Below are positions 38,718-51,699 of a stretch of 64,000 nt of DNA, in pieces. Every line of letters starts with the position of its first letter. Position 1 is the first letter of the stretch. Below the pieces are notes generated by a model. That model had not been told where the DNA came from. It did no database searches and saw only the letters and a list, made by a program, of their open reading frames with translations. The stretch lies in NCBI RefSeq assembly GCF_006345805.1, contig NC_043019.1, forward strand, positions 18,103,360-18,167,359. Reading direction: 5' to 3'. The stretch is from Octopus sinensis (lineage: Eukaryota). The translations under genes were made by a program, and so were the position numbers.

Positions 38718-39238
38718 GTAAGTAAACAATTGCTTTGGGCTGTTATTTAACCCAAGGTCAGTGTTTCTCAAATGACCAGTGCAGATATCCACAGCTCCTC
38801 TCTTCCAGATATAATCATCCCTCTTCTAGCTGAGGATTACATTGTTTATCATTTTGGGGGGCACTTCAGTAGCTTAGACATTTTGTACATCACCCCCACC
38901 CCCCTGTAAGTTCTGGTGGTGACTAAGTGGGGTTGGGCATGGTTGGCTCACACAGAACAAGAGTTGTTGTTCCTTTGTACTTGGCATTAGTGTTCTGTAT
39001 GTCCCTAGCGCAGTCTTTGATCTTTGTCAGGTTACCTGATATCATTGCTGTGGCGCTCAGTTTTGTTCTTTATTATTTTTTGCCTAAACTTTTCTAACAG
39101 AATGTTGTTATCAGTCTGAATATGTTTGAGGCCTCATTCGAATTGGGCAACGAGCTGCGTTTTATGATGGAGAATATACCTCACTTGTTGACAGTGTGTA
39201 TACGCCTGGGTCAGCTCACAGCGCCACCTACCTAGACT

Positions 39239-39282
39239 GTGAGATGTTAACGTTTTGAAGTTATCGTCTCCTCATCAGTCAC
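39239..39282 (-). ncRNA. Decayed minimal hammerhead motif
   Basis: Reverse complement GTGA CTGATGA GGAG-acgataa-CTTC AAAAC GTTAAC ATC^TCAC. Two CpG-type G>A changes restore GAAAC and GTC with a 10-nt palindrome ACGTTAACGT. Confidence 0.6.
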
Positions 39283-40471
39283 CATAAAGTGGCCGGCAGC
39301 GCTATGCGGTGGCTCACCATAAGTGAAATTGCAAATTGTCAAGAAGTGAGATATATTTTCTGTGACAAAACCCAGGGAGTCGCTTGTCACCCAGTTCGAA
39401 TGAACATCAAGCATATTCAGGCTGATATCACTGCTTAGTGCTCCCTCCCTCTCCATAATTTTCTAATAGAGTTGTAATAGTGTTTGGGTGGAGAGACGGT
39501 TATTGCATTCTACAGTCAAGGAGTGTTTAGTTCCACCTATTTTGGTTCCATAACCTCCTGTAATGACACTGTTTATAATCATCTATAGGGCACTGACAAG
39601 GATGGCACATATCTGCGTGTATGGGGTGGGGACACAATGCTGACCACTGACCCCCCCCCCCAACATGAAGATGAAAGCCTTCTGAGTCCCTGTCTTCATC
39701 ACTTTTATGGCTGTGAATCCTGGATATTGCAATGCATAGGAGGGCTGCCCTCAACGTTTTTTATTGTCACTGCTTGGGAGAGATCTTGACTGACCAGTGC
39801 TATAAACTCCTGGCTGTCTTGAGATAGAGGACAGAGAAAATGTGGGTGGTGGAGGTTGATGGTTGGAACTGGCAACAGACAGCATCCGCAATCTGTTCAG
39901 TTAGGATTCTAGTTTGTGTCTTTTTACTTTTCGGACAACTTTTGATGTAAAGCTGGTAAGCAAGCATTTCTTTTCCATGGACACAGAATAATTCTTTCAT
40001 TTATGGACGGCTTATTCATCACAGCTGTTTTGATAAGCAGAATTGTACTACTTTGTTGTACCTGTTTGCAGCTTGGCTGACTGAGCTATTCAATGTCAAG
40101 TATCAAAGCTGTGAACTTACGAACCATTAACCTCTCTTCCTCTCTTCTCAGCCATGAAGGACATTCTGTAAGCAACTAAACATCTGTTAAGTTCAAGCTT
40201 AGCTTTACAAATGTATGATTAAAGGCATTCCAGCACTGACCATCACATCTTAGTTTAACACATTGAATATCTAGAACTATATTATTCGATGTCTTTTTTT
40301 TTTTAAAAAGACAGTATGATTTGAGAAAAATTTGACTGCTATTTCTAGCATGTTGAGAGATCACATAAAGGCTCTTGCATCAATTTTCTTTTCATTTTTA
40401 TTATTTAATTTTGTTTTCAGTTGTTACTGATTTGATTTTGTCCCAAATGACCTTCTGCCCTTGATTTTCAG

Positions 40472-40640
40472 AACATCTCGTATAATCACCGACTACGAAC
40501 GCTTACAAACCTCACAGATGCGACTCAAAGATGATATTGAAAAGCTAGAACGGGAAATTGCAGTTCGACAAGGAAAAGAAAAAGAACTTTCTACCAAAAA
40601 CCGTTCTCTCTGTTCTTCCATTAAAGCTGAGAAAGATGAA
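40472..40640 (+). CDS. SSX2IP: SSX2IP-like coding exon 3 (coiled coil: TSRIITDYERLQTSQMRLKDDIEKLEREI...SIKAEKDE)
   Basis: TTGATTTTCAG| acceptor, GAA|GTAAGC donor, phase 2 to 0; heptad pattern ending in the conserved KxEKDE. Confidence 0.92.
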
Positions 40641-41329
40641 GTAAGCAAAATGATGTTTTTAACAATATTTCACATCCATCACCTCTTTATCCAAATTGTT
40701 GACTGGATTGCATCCATCACCTGTTAGAAAAAAAAAGACTTTTTTTATATAGATTCCATCTCTCTGTTTTCTTTACCAATTATTCCTTGTAGAGTCTTGC
40801 TGGTAGAATCCTCAGGCACCTCCTCCATGGCATCCTATCAGAAGCAACTATCATTAGACTTTCCATCTGGATTCCCAAGTGTGACCGAATAAAACTACGG
40901 ATACTATCAACCCATTTCATTCTTGGTTGGTCCCTGAGTCTTCTGGTGGTTGGCTCAGTTTGAAGAATTTGTCTTGTAATTCTTTCTTGTAATATTCTCA
41001 TCACATGCTAAGAAGTAGTGGCTCAACTAAGAAACTCAAGAATGTGAATTTGTTGGTGAGGGCCATAATCAACCCAGAGAATAAAACCTGGTTTGGTTCC
41101 TACTGGTGTTTTGTCTTCAATTACTTTGACCTCCTTTTGCAACGTTGGTCTGGTCTGAGCAGACTATCCAGCCATGACCGCAACTCTTATTCAAATAGTG
41201 TAACCAGGACAACATTTATGCCCTTCCTTTTTCCAGATGGTAGAGAGATTTGAGGGAGAAATTGCTGCCATTTCTTTTCTTGCAGGTTGAGCAATCCTTC
41301 CTGAGTTGATAAAATTATACCAACTGCAA

Positions 41330-41605
41330 CATCATCATTTAACGTTCACTTTCCATGCTGGTATGGGTTGGACGATTTGACTGAGGACTGGCGAATGCGA
41401 TGGCTGCACCAGGCTCCAGTCTTGATCTGGCAGAGTTTCTACAGCTGGATGCCCTTCCTAACGCCAACCACTCCGAAAGTGTAGTGGGTACTTTTATGTG
41501 TCACCGGCAGAAGGACCAGTCAGGCGGTACTGGCAATGGCCATGCTCAAATGTTTTTTACGTACCCCCTAACAGGAGCCAGTCCAGCGGCACTGGCAATG
41601 ACCTA
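41330..41605 (-). mobile_element. RTE tail-only copy in an SSX2IP intron
   Basis: CATCATCATTTAACGTTCACTTTCCATGCTGGTATGGGTTGGACG...TTCCTAACGCCAACCACTCC. Similar tails occur at about 35710-35870 and 54975-55150. Confidence 0.7.
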
Positions 41606-41844
41606 ATCCCAGATCCTTAGTCAGTCATATTATCTCTCTGAAATAATCCCACAAGGTATTAACATTTCCCTGTCATGTCCCCAGTCCTCTTTTAAAGGAC
41701 GTTGCTCCCATTCCTGCAATAATCTCAGTTATCCAGTGTTTGGTATTATCTCCAACCAATAAATCCCCTTACAATGATCCCCGTTTATCTTCTGCTAATT
41801 GGTGCCTTCATACCTATTATCTGTTCTGTTCTCTTGCTCCCTAG

Positions 41845-41980
41845 GTGAAACGACTGAACTCTACAATTAACCACAGGGAACTCCAGTACCGACATGACTC
41901 TAAGAAGAATGAACGAGAGATGAATCGGTTGAAGGAGAAGTTGAGTCAGGTTCTCATGGAGAAATCTCATAAAATACTTG
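41845..41980 (+). CDS. SSX2IP: SSX2IP-like coding exon 4 (VKRLNSTINHRELQYRHDSKKNEREMNRLKEKLSQVLMEKSHKIL)
   Basis: CTCTTGCTCCCTAG| acceptor, TTG|GTGAGT donor, phase 0 to 1; matches the ADIP-domain hallmark QYxHDxKxxERExNxLKExLxQ. Confidence 0.95.
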
Positions 41981-42105
41981 GTGAGTTTCCTTAAGTGACG
42001 TGTTGTTGTTGTTTTAGTCCAGGTCAGCTGGGTGCTCTTCCTGCCACCAATCCTTTCCTGTTTCCAAGCAATGGACTATCTTCCCTATGCCTGAACATGT
42101 TTATA

Positions 42106-42967
42106 CAGAAGATTGCAAACAAACACCTCCCCTCGTACATTAGGGGTGCTTGTTTACAATTAGTGCATAATGGCAAGACAAGGACACACATAATGGGCTT
42201 CTTTTCAGTTTCTATTAAACAGATTTACTCAAAGCTTTGGTTGACCTGGGGCTATTGTAGAAAACACTTGCCTAAGGTACCAGACATTGTGATTGAACCC
42301 AAAACCATGTAGTTTTAAGACAAACTTCTAAACCACATAACCACACTTAGACCTTTTAAAAATAATAATTTCTAATTTGAATGCAAGAAAGAAATTTTGC
42401 ATAATTATCTTTTTAGTAATTAATGTTATTAAAATGTTTATTAATGATGCAATGTCTTCACCACCTACAACGTTGAGTCATCACTCTCTCTCTCTTTCTC
42501 CCCCCCCCCTCTCTGTCTTTGGTGCTTAGTCAGTCCCAGAAGATTGCAAACAAACACCTCCCCTCGTACATTAGGGGTGCTTGTTTACAATTAGTGCATA
42601 ATGGAAGACAAGGACACACATAATGGGCTTCTTTTCAGTTTCTATTAAACAGATTTACTCAAAGCTTTGGTTGACCTGGGGCTATTGTAGAAAACACTTG
42701 CCTAAGGTACCAGACATTGTGATTGAACCCAAAACCATGTAGTGTTTAAGACAAACTTCTAAACCACATAACCACACTTAGACCTTTTAAAAATAATAAT
42801 TTCTAATTTGAATGCAAGAAAGAAATTTTGCATAATTATCTTTTTAGTAATTAATGTTATTAAAATGTTTATTAATGATGCAATGTCTTCACCACCTACA
42901 ACGTTGAGTCATCACTCTCTCTCTCTTTCTCCCCCCCCCCTCTCTGTCTTTGGTGCTTAGTCAGTCC
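42106..42967 (+). repeat. Near-identical 431-bp tandem duplication in an SSX2IP intron
   Basis: 42106-42536 vs 42537-42967; only two 1-bp indels seen. Confidence 0.92.
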
Positions 42968-43079
42968 CTTGTCTGAAAGAATGGTTGGAACTGCTAAAAT
43001 TTTGAAGGAAAGACCAAGCTGATTGACATTTGGTTTGAATATTTTTTTCCAAACTTTTTCAAGCTTGTTTCTGTTGTAG

Positions 43080-43146
43080 GTCCTGAGATTCTGAATGCCT
43101 TACCAAAAACTGACGGCAAAAGGGCCACATGGAAAACCAATTCCAA
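43080..43146 (+). CDS. SSX2IP: SSX2IP-like coding exon 5 (GPEILNALPKTDGKRATWKTNS)
   Basis: CTGTTGTAG| acceptor, CAA|GTAAGA donor, phase 1 to 2; ILN....DGKRxxW motif. Confidence 0.93.
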
Positions 43147-43269
43147 GTAAGATGAACCCTTTGTCCATTTTTATTTTCTCACATTTTGTATTGGACCATT
43201 TTATAATCTCTGCTTGTTGTCTTTATTAAATATTTCTTTAACCATAATTTTTGTCTTTTATTCTTCCAG

Positions 43270-43426
43270 TCAAGTTGAAGAATTCTACAGCATGATGCTG
43301 AGAGATTATGAAAAGAAGCTGAAGAGCCTTCATGCGGAGAACCACGACTTGGAGAACTTCATAGAAAAGATTGTCCACACTTTAGAGTCTCTGGTTGATC
43401 AATTTAAATTCAAACTCAACTCTGTG
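43270..43426 (+). CDS. SSX2IP: SSX2IP-like coding exon 6 (QVEEFYSMMLRDYEKKLKSLHAENHDLENFIEK...)
   Basis: TTCTTCCAG| acceptor, GTG|GTTAGT donor, phase 2 to 0; E-Y---L-DYE------ EN--L motif. The preceding intron is only 123 bp. Confidence 0.92.
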
Positions 43427-44280
43427 GTTAGTTTCTTCATCTCTCATTTTCATTAAATTTCACAATCGCCTCTCCAATATTCCAATGTTATGTCCTCTTT
43501 TATCTTTCACTGGTCTATGGCCATGCTGGAGCTCTCCTTTGAAGGGTTTTAGTTGAACAGATCAGCCCTGGTATTTATTCTGTTGGTTTCATTTGCTAAA
43601 CTACTAAGTTATAGAGATGTAAACAAACCAACACTTGTTTAGTGGTGGAGGTGGGAACAAAGAACACACACCTACTTAAGCAAAAGGCTTCCACACAGTT
43701 TAAAGTACATAAATTTAAACTGGTTTCACTCAAAGACTATATTCATTGTAATGTAATTGTGTAATGGCTTGCTACTAGTCATCATTTAAGATATACACAC
43801 ACACGTTGTAAGGAATATCTTCTGTAAGAAGTGAAACCGGTTTGAAATTATGTACTTTGATGTATTATTGCAGTTATGGACTTTGATGAGTTTAATGCAT
43901 TTTGAAGTAATTTAACTGTAATACTGTACTTTTGGAATTAAATTACAGCAATATAAAAGGGAAAAACTCATTTATTTATATAACAATAATCTTGAGCCAC
44001 CAGTGTTGCCAGCTTCATATCTCCCCCTCCCCCATCTACCTCCTACTTTCAATGTTACCATAGTAACCATAACTTGAGTCAATGAGGAAGCCTCCATATG
44101 TTTATTTGACTTGCTAAAAATAGTAGCCAAGTTCCATCAAATCATATCCTACAGGATTAAAAAAAGGACACTGGGTTCTCTGCATGTAGAAAAGAAAATG
44201 GGATGGTCATGGCTGGAATGCCTCACTGCAACCACCACCACCAGCTGTATATCTGTATCACTGTTTTGTGTTCCTTTCAG

Positions 44281-44377
44281 ATGCATGTTGTAAATGAAGT
44301 GGATTATGAGAGTGATGCAGAAGAGGAGATGGAAGTGGCCGAAGGCAAGAGTTCTTACGACGCAAGTGAAAGTGGAT
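44281..44377 (+). CDS. SSX2IP: SSX2IP-like coding exon 7 (acidic linker MHVVNEVDYESDAEEEMEVAEGKSSYDASESG)
   Basis: TTCCTTTCAG| acceptor, GAT|GTAAGT donor, phase 0 to 1; acidic linker at the expected position. Confidence 0.85.
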
Positions 44378-44595
44378 GTAAGTAAAGAGATCGTCATTCA
44401 ATTCCCAAAAGAACAAACAACTGGCACCAACGCCGTTAATGGTATTTTCATCTGTCGCTTCGCTCTCAGGTTGACTTTGCCTTTCATCCTTTTGGGGGTC
44501 AATAAAATAGTACCAGCCAAATACTGGGGTTGATGTGGTCAATTGTCCCCACAAAAAGTCTGGCCTTGTGCCATCAGTAGAAATCATTTGGTAAT

Positions 44596-44635
<40 letters not shown>

Positions 44636-45675
44636 ATATGTTCATTATTTATGCATGTGTGTGTTTGTGTGTGCCTTGGATATGTCTTTTTATCCTCTGT
44701 TTCAGTCATTGAACTTTGGCCATGCTGGGGCACCACTTTGAGTGGGTTTTAGTTGGGACACACAGCAGGGTTATTATTCCTGCAACGTTGACTTGGCCTA
44801 TCCTCCTTTCTGGATCAATAAGATGTGTGCTGAGGTCAATCTAATCAACTGGCCCCCTCCCCTCAAATTTCGGGCCTTGTTCCAATATAGAAAGAATTAC
44901 TGTTATTAGAGCAGCCAACAAAATGCTTTGCCATATTTCTTCAGGCTTTTTTAATCTTTTGAGTTCAAATCTCACTGAGGTCAACTGTGCCTTTTATCCC
45001 ATCCAGGGTTTAAAGCAACAGTCAAAGACTAACGTTGATTTAATCCACTGACCCTTTGCCCCCAACTTTGTTGCTTTGTACCTAATGTCAAAAGCAGTTA
45101 AGATGGTGGTTGACAGAATCTTTACTGCCTACTTGAGCCCTTCACTTCCTCTCAACCCTTGACCATCAAACACTTTTCCCCACACTATGCTGCCTTTTTT
45201 TTTTCTTCCTTCTCCCCAGTTTGATCCCTGCTGCTCTCCAGCTCTGCCTCAGTATCTCACCTCATATATTTCCTTGTGGAAAGACCTTCTTCTCTCATGT
45301 TTCGTTGGTTTTGAATTCGATGCTTCTGTAATTTTGAATTTTTTTAGGTCCAATGCAAACCCATTATTACCCTTAGGAAGAGGTGGTCCTTATTAGTCTA
45401 GCCTTTGATCTGTCCAGCATGAGAGGCCCAACCAGGATCTTGCACTCTGCTGGCATAGCTCTCAGGGTTATTGAGGCATACAAGCCACCACATCACAACA
45501 AGCATTGGACCATGTGATGGTATTTGTTCTGGTTCTTTACAAGTGTTGCTGAGATCAACTTTGTTCTTTATCCTTTCAGGATCAATAAAATAAGGTCCTA
45601 ATTGACCCAATTGGATCAGTTGACTTCCAACCATGCCTCCCTCCTTATGAGTATATGTTGTTATTTTTTTTACAG

Positions 45676-45774
45676 ATGAAACTTGTGCATCATTTACAAA
45701 GTGCCAAAAATTACTACAAAAGCTTAATCGATACTGTACGACCCTTCACAATTATCTGGAGAACAACATTCAAG
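45676..45774 (+). CDS. SSX2IP: SSX2IP-like coding exon 8 (YETCASFTKCQKLLQKLNRYCTTLHNYLENNIQ)
   Basis: TTTTTTTACAG| acceptor, AAG|GTAATT donor, open frame, phase 1 to 1 fits both neighbours. Confidence 0.82.
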
Positions 45775-46385
45775 GTAATTATTGTGTTGTGTTAATTAAC
45801 TATGGAAGACACAAAGGGTAACCACTACCTGCCAATCTATGATAGAATTTCACCCCAACCCCAACAGCCAGCAGAACATTCAACATGAGTTAGTGGAACA
45901 TTGGTCAGTTAGGGGTTAATGTTGTGTAAAACAAGGCAGCAAATTATTAATTTTCGGTCCAGAAGAGTGGATTCGAAGAATTGTTAAAACATCAAGCAGG
46001 ATATTTGCAGCATGTCTTCTGTTTGTGTCCCAAGTTCAGTTCTACCTGGGTACAAATGACCAGAACTAATCCCCCAAACACTAGAGAGAATCCTGTCAAA
46101 TGTGCAATTGACTCAGATGAATGGGAGGACTCTGCAAATCACAGACAAGAGTCTGCGATGACATGCTGAAGCTTCATCTTGATCCAAAACAACTGAATGG
46201 AATCTCACAGCTGGAAAGGAAAATGATTATAACAAAATGTGGAAGGTGGAAGTAAATTTTCTTCACAACCACCTAGTCTTGGTTTCAATCTTACTGCACA
46301 GCTCTTCTACTACAACTTTGTGCTGGCCAATTCCTTCAGTAAAATTTGGCAATCTCTCTCTCTCTCTTTCTCCCTCTCTCTCTTC

Positions 46386-46423
<38 letters not shown>

Positions 46424-46890
46424 CTATATATAAAACCCAATGGCTTATCTTTATAATGTGAAGGTGTGTGGCCTCGTGGTTAGGTGTGTTAGATTCTGTT
46501 TTTGGATTCCCAGACTGGTTGCATGTTATGTTCTTGAGCAAAACACTTCATTTTGTGCTGCTCCAGTCCACTCACCTGTGAATGGGTAACCCTGTGGTGG
46601 ACTAGCATCCCATCCAGGGGCAATGTGGGCCTGCTCACCCAGCCAGTGCAAAGCCTATTGTGATGAGTCTGGTTGGTGGCAGGATTTATAATCTTTTGCC
46701 AATGACTGCTGCAGCTCTGTTGTTTTCCGCGTCTCACAGTGATATCAGGGAACCTTTGTGTTTCAACAGATATTTTATGGTATTTGTGACAAAGGAACTC
46801 CCATGCCGTTACCCACCTGCTACTGGAAAATCACTCAATGATTGACCTCTATGAAGCTTTTAATAACCTTATTTTTCAATATTTGATCAG

Positions 46891-47009
46891 ATCCTGAGAA
46901 AGCAAGTGCTAAGAATTTAGATGTTGGACAGGAATCAGAAGTGGATTTACTCAAGACAAAACTTCAACAGTTTAAAGAATTGGTTGCTTTCCAAGAGGAA
47001 ACCTTGCAG
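46891..47009 (+). CDS. SSX2IP: SSX2IP-like coding exon 9 (DPEKASAKNLDVGQESEVDLLKTKLQQFKELVAFQEETLQ)
   Basis: ATTTGATCAG| acceptor, CAG|GTGAGA donor, phase 1 to 0; E---L---IQQ-KE-I--Q---LQ coiled-coil motif. Confidence 0.9.
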
Positions 47010-48243
47010 GTGAGAATCTTCTGTGCTGCTGCAATTATTTGATGGTGAAAAAGATAAACAGGCATATTGGAGCATAGAATATTGAAGGCATTTCTGCATA
47101 AACCCCGCTTCCACCATTCCTTGTTCTTAGTCTTCTATCAAATATGGTTGGTTTATTTAAGATTGACAGAGATAGAAACAATACAAGATTGGCAATGTTT
47201 TCTTTGCTCAGAAATCTTCATAACCATTTCATCAGATATCTGCTAAGACCTTAATCTTTGCTCCAGTTCAATGAGAACTTAAAATGGTCTTAAAGTTAAG
47301 GGATGCTACAAAAAGATTTAACAGAAACCTTTTGACTATGATTTGAATTGCTTCTTCCTTCGTTTCTAGTTTTTGTTTCGGTTCACTTTTTTTTTATAAG
47401 AAATGCTGCAATCTGCATGGAGACTTTAGTGCTGCTGGCATGCAAAGAAAAAAAAACTCACCAAGTACACACAACCCAGTAAAGTGGTTTGCATTAGGAA
47501 AGGCATCAAACCACAGAAACCATGCCAAAGCAGTGGAGCATGATGTCACCTTAAGAATGATTGGATCCTGCCAAATAATAATGAAGGATTATCTTCTGTC
47601 TTCCTCAGTCTGGCTGACCAACATTATACATGGACTTTTAAATTGTTTAAATATATAAAAACATGCTTTTAATCAGGAGGGAGAGACTCATTAACTTTGA
47701 CTAAATTCTGCTCAAAACTCCATTTTATCAAGTACAGTGTTCTTAATATTGTTGCCATCTTCATTTAAACTTTCAAGAGTTTGGATGAAGATGATGGCAG
47801 AGGATTCATCTTTGACCTTCTGCAAGAAAGAAGATGGTTCATTCTTCCAGATGCTAATGGCTATGAATCTGTCACCCATAGTAACAGAAATCCCACCTGA
47901 CAAACGTCTTCATCCCCCTATTTTTGTTGATGGTGTCTTAAAATGATGCAGAAATTACATGTGATGTTTCTTAGCTCCATTTCGGTCAAACAAGGAAGCT
48001 AGGACAAAGGCATTCTAGCCATGACCATCCCGTTCAATATTGTATATCAAAGTCTCTATTTTCCATTGTATCATTTATTTTTGAGGTGATAGTTTGAGAG
48101 ATATAGCTCCTATTTCTAGCGTGGTAAATGACAGTATAAAGGCCCCTTCATTAACTTGTTTTGTTTGTTGTTGAGTTAAAACATTTCTAAATGAGTCACT
48201 AAGTTTTTTTTTTGTTTCTCTTCTTTCTGATTTCCATTTATAG

Positions 48244-48420
48244 AAGTTTGCCAACAAAGCTCCATCTGAGAATTCTAGCAACTCGTTTCTTCATGAAACG
48301 CAATTAATCCAAGAATACGAGCAACTGGAAATCAAAAAGAAGCTCTTCTTGGAGGCAAAAGGAAACTTTGAGAAGGAAAGGTTGCAGCACATGAATGAAG
48401 CCATGCAATTAGCGGAAGAG
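48244..48420 (+). CDS. SSX2IP: SSX2IP-like coding exon 10 (KFANKAPSENSSNSFLHETQLIQEYEQLEIKKKLFLEAKGNFEKERLQHMNEAMQLAEE)
   Basis: TTTATAG| acceptor, GAG|GTAGGT donor, phase 0 to 0; F-E-K-NFE-ER----EA--L motif. Confidence 0.93.
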
Positions 48421-48990
48421 GTAGGTGGTGCCCAGGCTCTGAAGATTTTGTGTTTAACGTCCACTTTTCCGTGCTTGCATGGGTCAGGAGGAATTAGTTG
48501 AGGAAAATTTGATGTCAGCCCTCTCCTATTTCCATGCAAAGTAATATTTTCCCGTGGAAGATTGGAAACACAACAATATTTCTATGATGACACTCATTTA
48601 CACCTAACACAATGTTAAGATGAGGAGACACCTGTGTGTGTGTGTGTGTGTGTGTACACAATGGGCTTTTAGTTTCCATCTCCCAAATCCACTCGCAAGG
48701 CTTTGATCATCCTGGGGCTCAAACAGAAGACACTTGGCCAAGGTGCTGTGTAATGGGATTGAACCTGAAACCACACAGTTGGGAAGCAAACTTTTCAAAC
48801 CCACAGCCATGCTTGCCTCTTTCCCACTTCAAATGTGCGACAATAGTTTTGCAGCATCCGTGGTGGTTACTGTGCTGCTCCCCTGACTGCAAGGGCAATA
48901 TCAGGTTCCCTTTCTCTTCCACTTCACAACCTCTGTTGCCTTTTCTTTTCCATTTTCCTTGATTGTTTTTTCAAATTTATTTGTCAACAG

Positions 48991-49081
48991 AAAAAGCTTT
49001 TTAACCTGGAGAAATGTAACAAGATGAAACAACAGTTCCTGGAATTGGCTCCCAAGAAAAACCCTGCAGAATTACTCCCTG
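48991..49081 (+). CDS. SSX2IP: SSX2IP-like coding exon 11 (KKLFNLEKCNKMKQQFLELAPKKNPAELLP)
   Basis: TTGTCAACAG| acceptor, CTG|GTGAGA donor, phase 0 to 1; conserved KQQFL. Confidence 0.92.
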
Positions 49082-50131
49082 GTGAGAAATGAATTTCACT
49101 TGTTTTTAGTTCCAAAGTCTTCAGTTTAACCCTTTTAGCATTTTAGATTTCTCTGCCAAATGTGATGTGACTGATTATTCCCATTGTTTTCAATTAATCC
49201 TGGATTATCTGATAGCTTTGAGATCTCAATGATGTGACTGTTTATTTTTAGAAGGACCTTGTGGGGTAGGCAAGAGAAGAAGCCAGGCCCAGACAATTTG
49301 AACATAAAATAGGGAAAGTATTTTGGCTTTTAAATGTTAAAGGGTCAATGAAACTGGGAATTGCCCTGAATCTGCTGCTGATCCCTTTCTTTCCATAATC
49401 TGATATTTTACACAAAACAATCTTCAGATCAAATCACTTGCTATGCAAGTACATCTCCATAAATCTTCAGTACATTTTATTAGTTAACAACAGCAGCAAG
49501 AACAAGAAGTGTTAAACTTCTTATATTTGCATTCATTACTTTGTCTCTTGTTTTTTTTTTTTCCTGTTATACTGAAAATATGTTCACAGTTTATAAAAAC
49601 ATCTGGTATTTGGACAAGGTCCGCTAGAAACTGCAACCAAATCTCCTTCAAAACCATACTATACCCTGTTGAAAAAGGATACATAATGTAATTCTAGTAG
49701 ACTGTTCTTATTGTTGTTTTAACATCTGTTATTCTATGCCGACATGAATCGGATGGAATTTCTTGGCTGCCCTTCCTGGGGCCAACCTTCACCCATTTCC
49801 AGGCAGCATGAGATTTTTCCATGACCAGTCAGAGATTTTCACAGAAGACTGGAAACACTATTTGTATGGTGGTGACACAAGTCTTCCTTCAGTTTCCCTC
49901 TCCCAAAACTTTGATCTGGCACTATAGTAAAAGATACTTACCCAAGATATCACACAGGGATTGAACCCAAAACCATCTGATTGACAAGCAAACTTGTTAA
50001 CCACCAAGACCTGTCTGTCTTTAAACTGAACAAAAAAGATGCTGAAATGCTTCCTTGATCATAGGTCTGCTCATTAGGTAGGCCTAGGGTTAAACAACAA
50101 CAACTTTTTTGGTATTTTGTGTAAATTTCAG

Positions 50132-50252
50132 CCTTAAGTGATTTTCTTTCTGCTACAACCTCGAGTGAAGCCATGTCGGACTCTTACTCCACTCCGGATA
50201 CGAAAACCGTCTTCAAGAATTCAACGTCTTGTAATGAACACCTGAAATGCAA
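50132..50252 (+). CDS. SSX2IP: SSX2IP-like coding exon 12 (ALSDFLSATTSSEAMSDSYSTPDTKTVFKNSTSCNEHLKC)
   Basis: AAATTTCAG| acceptor, CAA|GTGAGT donor, open frame; phase 1 to 2 bridges exons 11 and 13. Homology is weak (S/T-rich tail, STP motif). Confidence 0.78.
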
Positions 50253-51699
50253 GTGAGTTGAACCACTTTCATTCCTTTCAATTTCCTACGAAGGTTCCAA
50301 CCGAAAATCTTAGAATTCGTTTGTTCCATCTCTTGCCAGTATTGAGTGCTACTGACTTTTTAAATTCTAGTGTTTAACAAATTTCTTTTACTTGTTTCAG
50401 TCATGAGACTGTGGCCAGGCTGGAACACTGCCTTAAGAAATTTTGTTAAACAAATCTACCCCACTACTTAATTATTTTAATGTCTGCTACTTATTCTATC
50501 AGTCTCTTTTGCCAAACCACTAAGTTACAGGACATAAACACACACAACAGGCTTCTTTCAGTTTCTGTATACCAAGTCCACTTACAAGGCTTTGATTGAC
50601 CCAGGTGCCCCCCAAAATTTGGTTTTCAAATGTTTTACCATTAAGATTATATAAACACCAATTTGCAAGGAGTTTATTCTCTTCAAGTTGATGTTTGTCA
50701 GGTTTTATAGAATTTACATAAAAATCTCAGAAATGAAATTCTTTATGCAATTAACCAATGTTTGTAATTCCTGGTCTTGTGGACCTTCTGTTTCTGTCTC
50801 AAACTGGTCCTTAAAATGTTTGACACCATCTACATCAGGATCAGCTACTTTTTGTGATGGTCCTTTGGGTGTGTGTGTGTGTGGGGGGGGGGGGGGTTAA
50901 ATATTAGTCCCATGGTCCAAATGTAGATTACAGCCCACTCACACCTTAAAATCCTCCCCCACCATTTCCTACATGGCCAGCTGCAGCAACAGTTTCGCAG
51001 CCAGTCTGACTTGGTTCCATGTTTTTCTTAATTGTTTTGGGTGTCTCTTATGTAGCTAAAGGTCGACGCTGATGCCCTCTTGCCCTCTTTAGCCCCTCAT
51101 TCGTGATCCAGTGGTACATCCAGGATCTGACTGCTGGTGAGCTAAGAGCTGCCCCAGCACTTGGCTGTTCCATATTTATAGCTGTGTAGATTGAAGCAAT
51201 GTGGAATGGAGTGCCTTGCTCAAGGACTCAATGCACTGCTTTGTCCAGGGATTGAACTTATGAACCTTTCCGTTCATGAGCCGAACACCCCAACCACTAC
51301 ATCTCACCCTTTTCAATGTGTAGGGAAAGAATGAAGCTTATGTCTATGCAAAAACCACCAACTGCCCAGTGGCCAACAAATGCATGAAATTTTTCACACC
51401 TGTAATGACCCTCACCTTACAACACCTCAGTGACCCACCTCATTGCTCACCTCTGACCAACAACAACAACAAATGTTTCTTCTTAAATTTATTGGTTTTG
51501 ACTTGTTTCTTCCTTCTTTATTTATTTATTTATTTACTTCAGTTTTGTAGTTTTGGCTTTTGTTTGTTTTGTTTTCTTTTTCATAGAATTGTGTAATTTT
51601 ATGAAAAGAAATATATTTTTTTTCTTTTTTTGTAAATTCACGAAGTTGAGTTGTTTGTATTTTCTTCTTTCATTGCATTTTTTTTTTTTATTTCAACAG

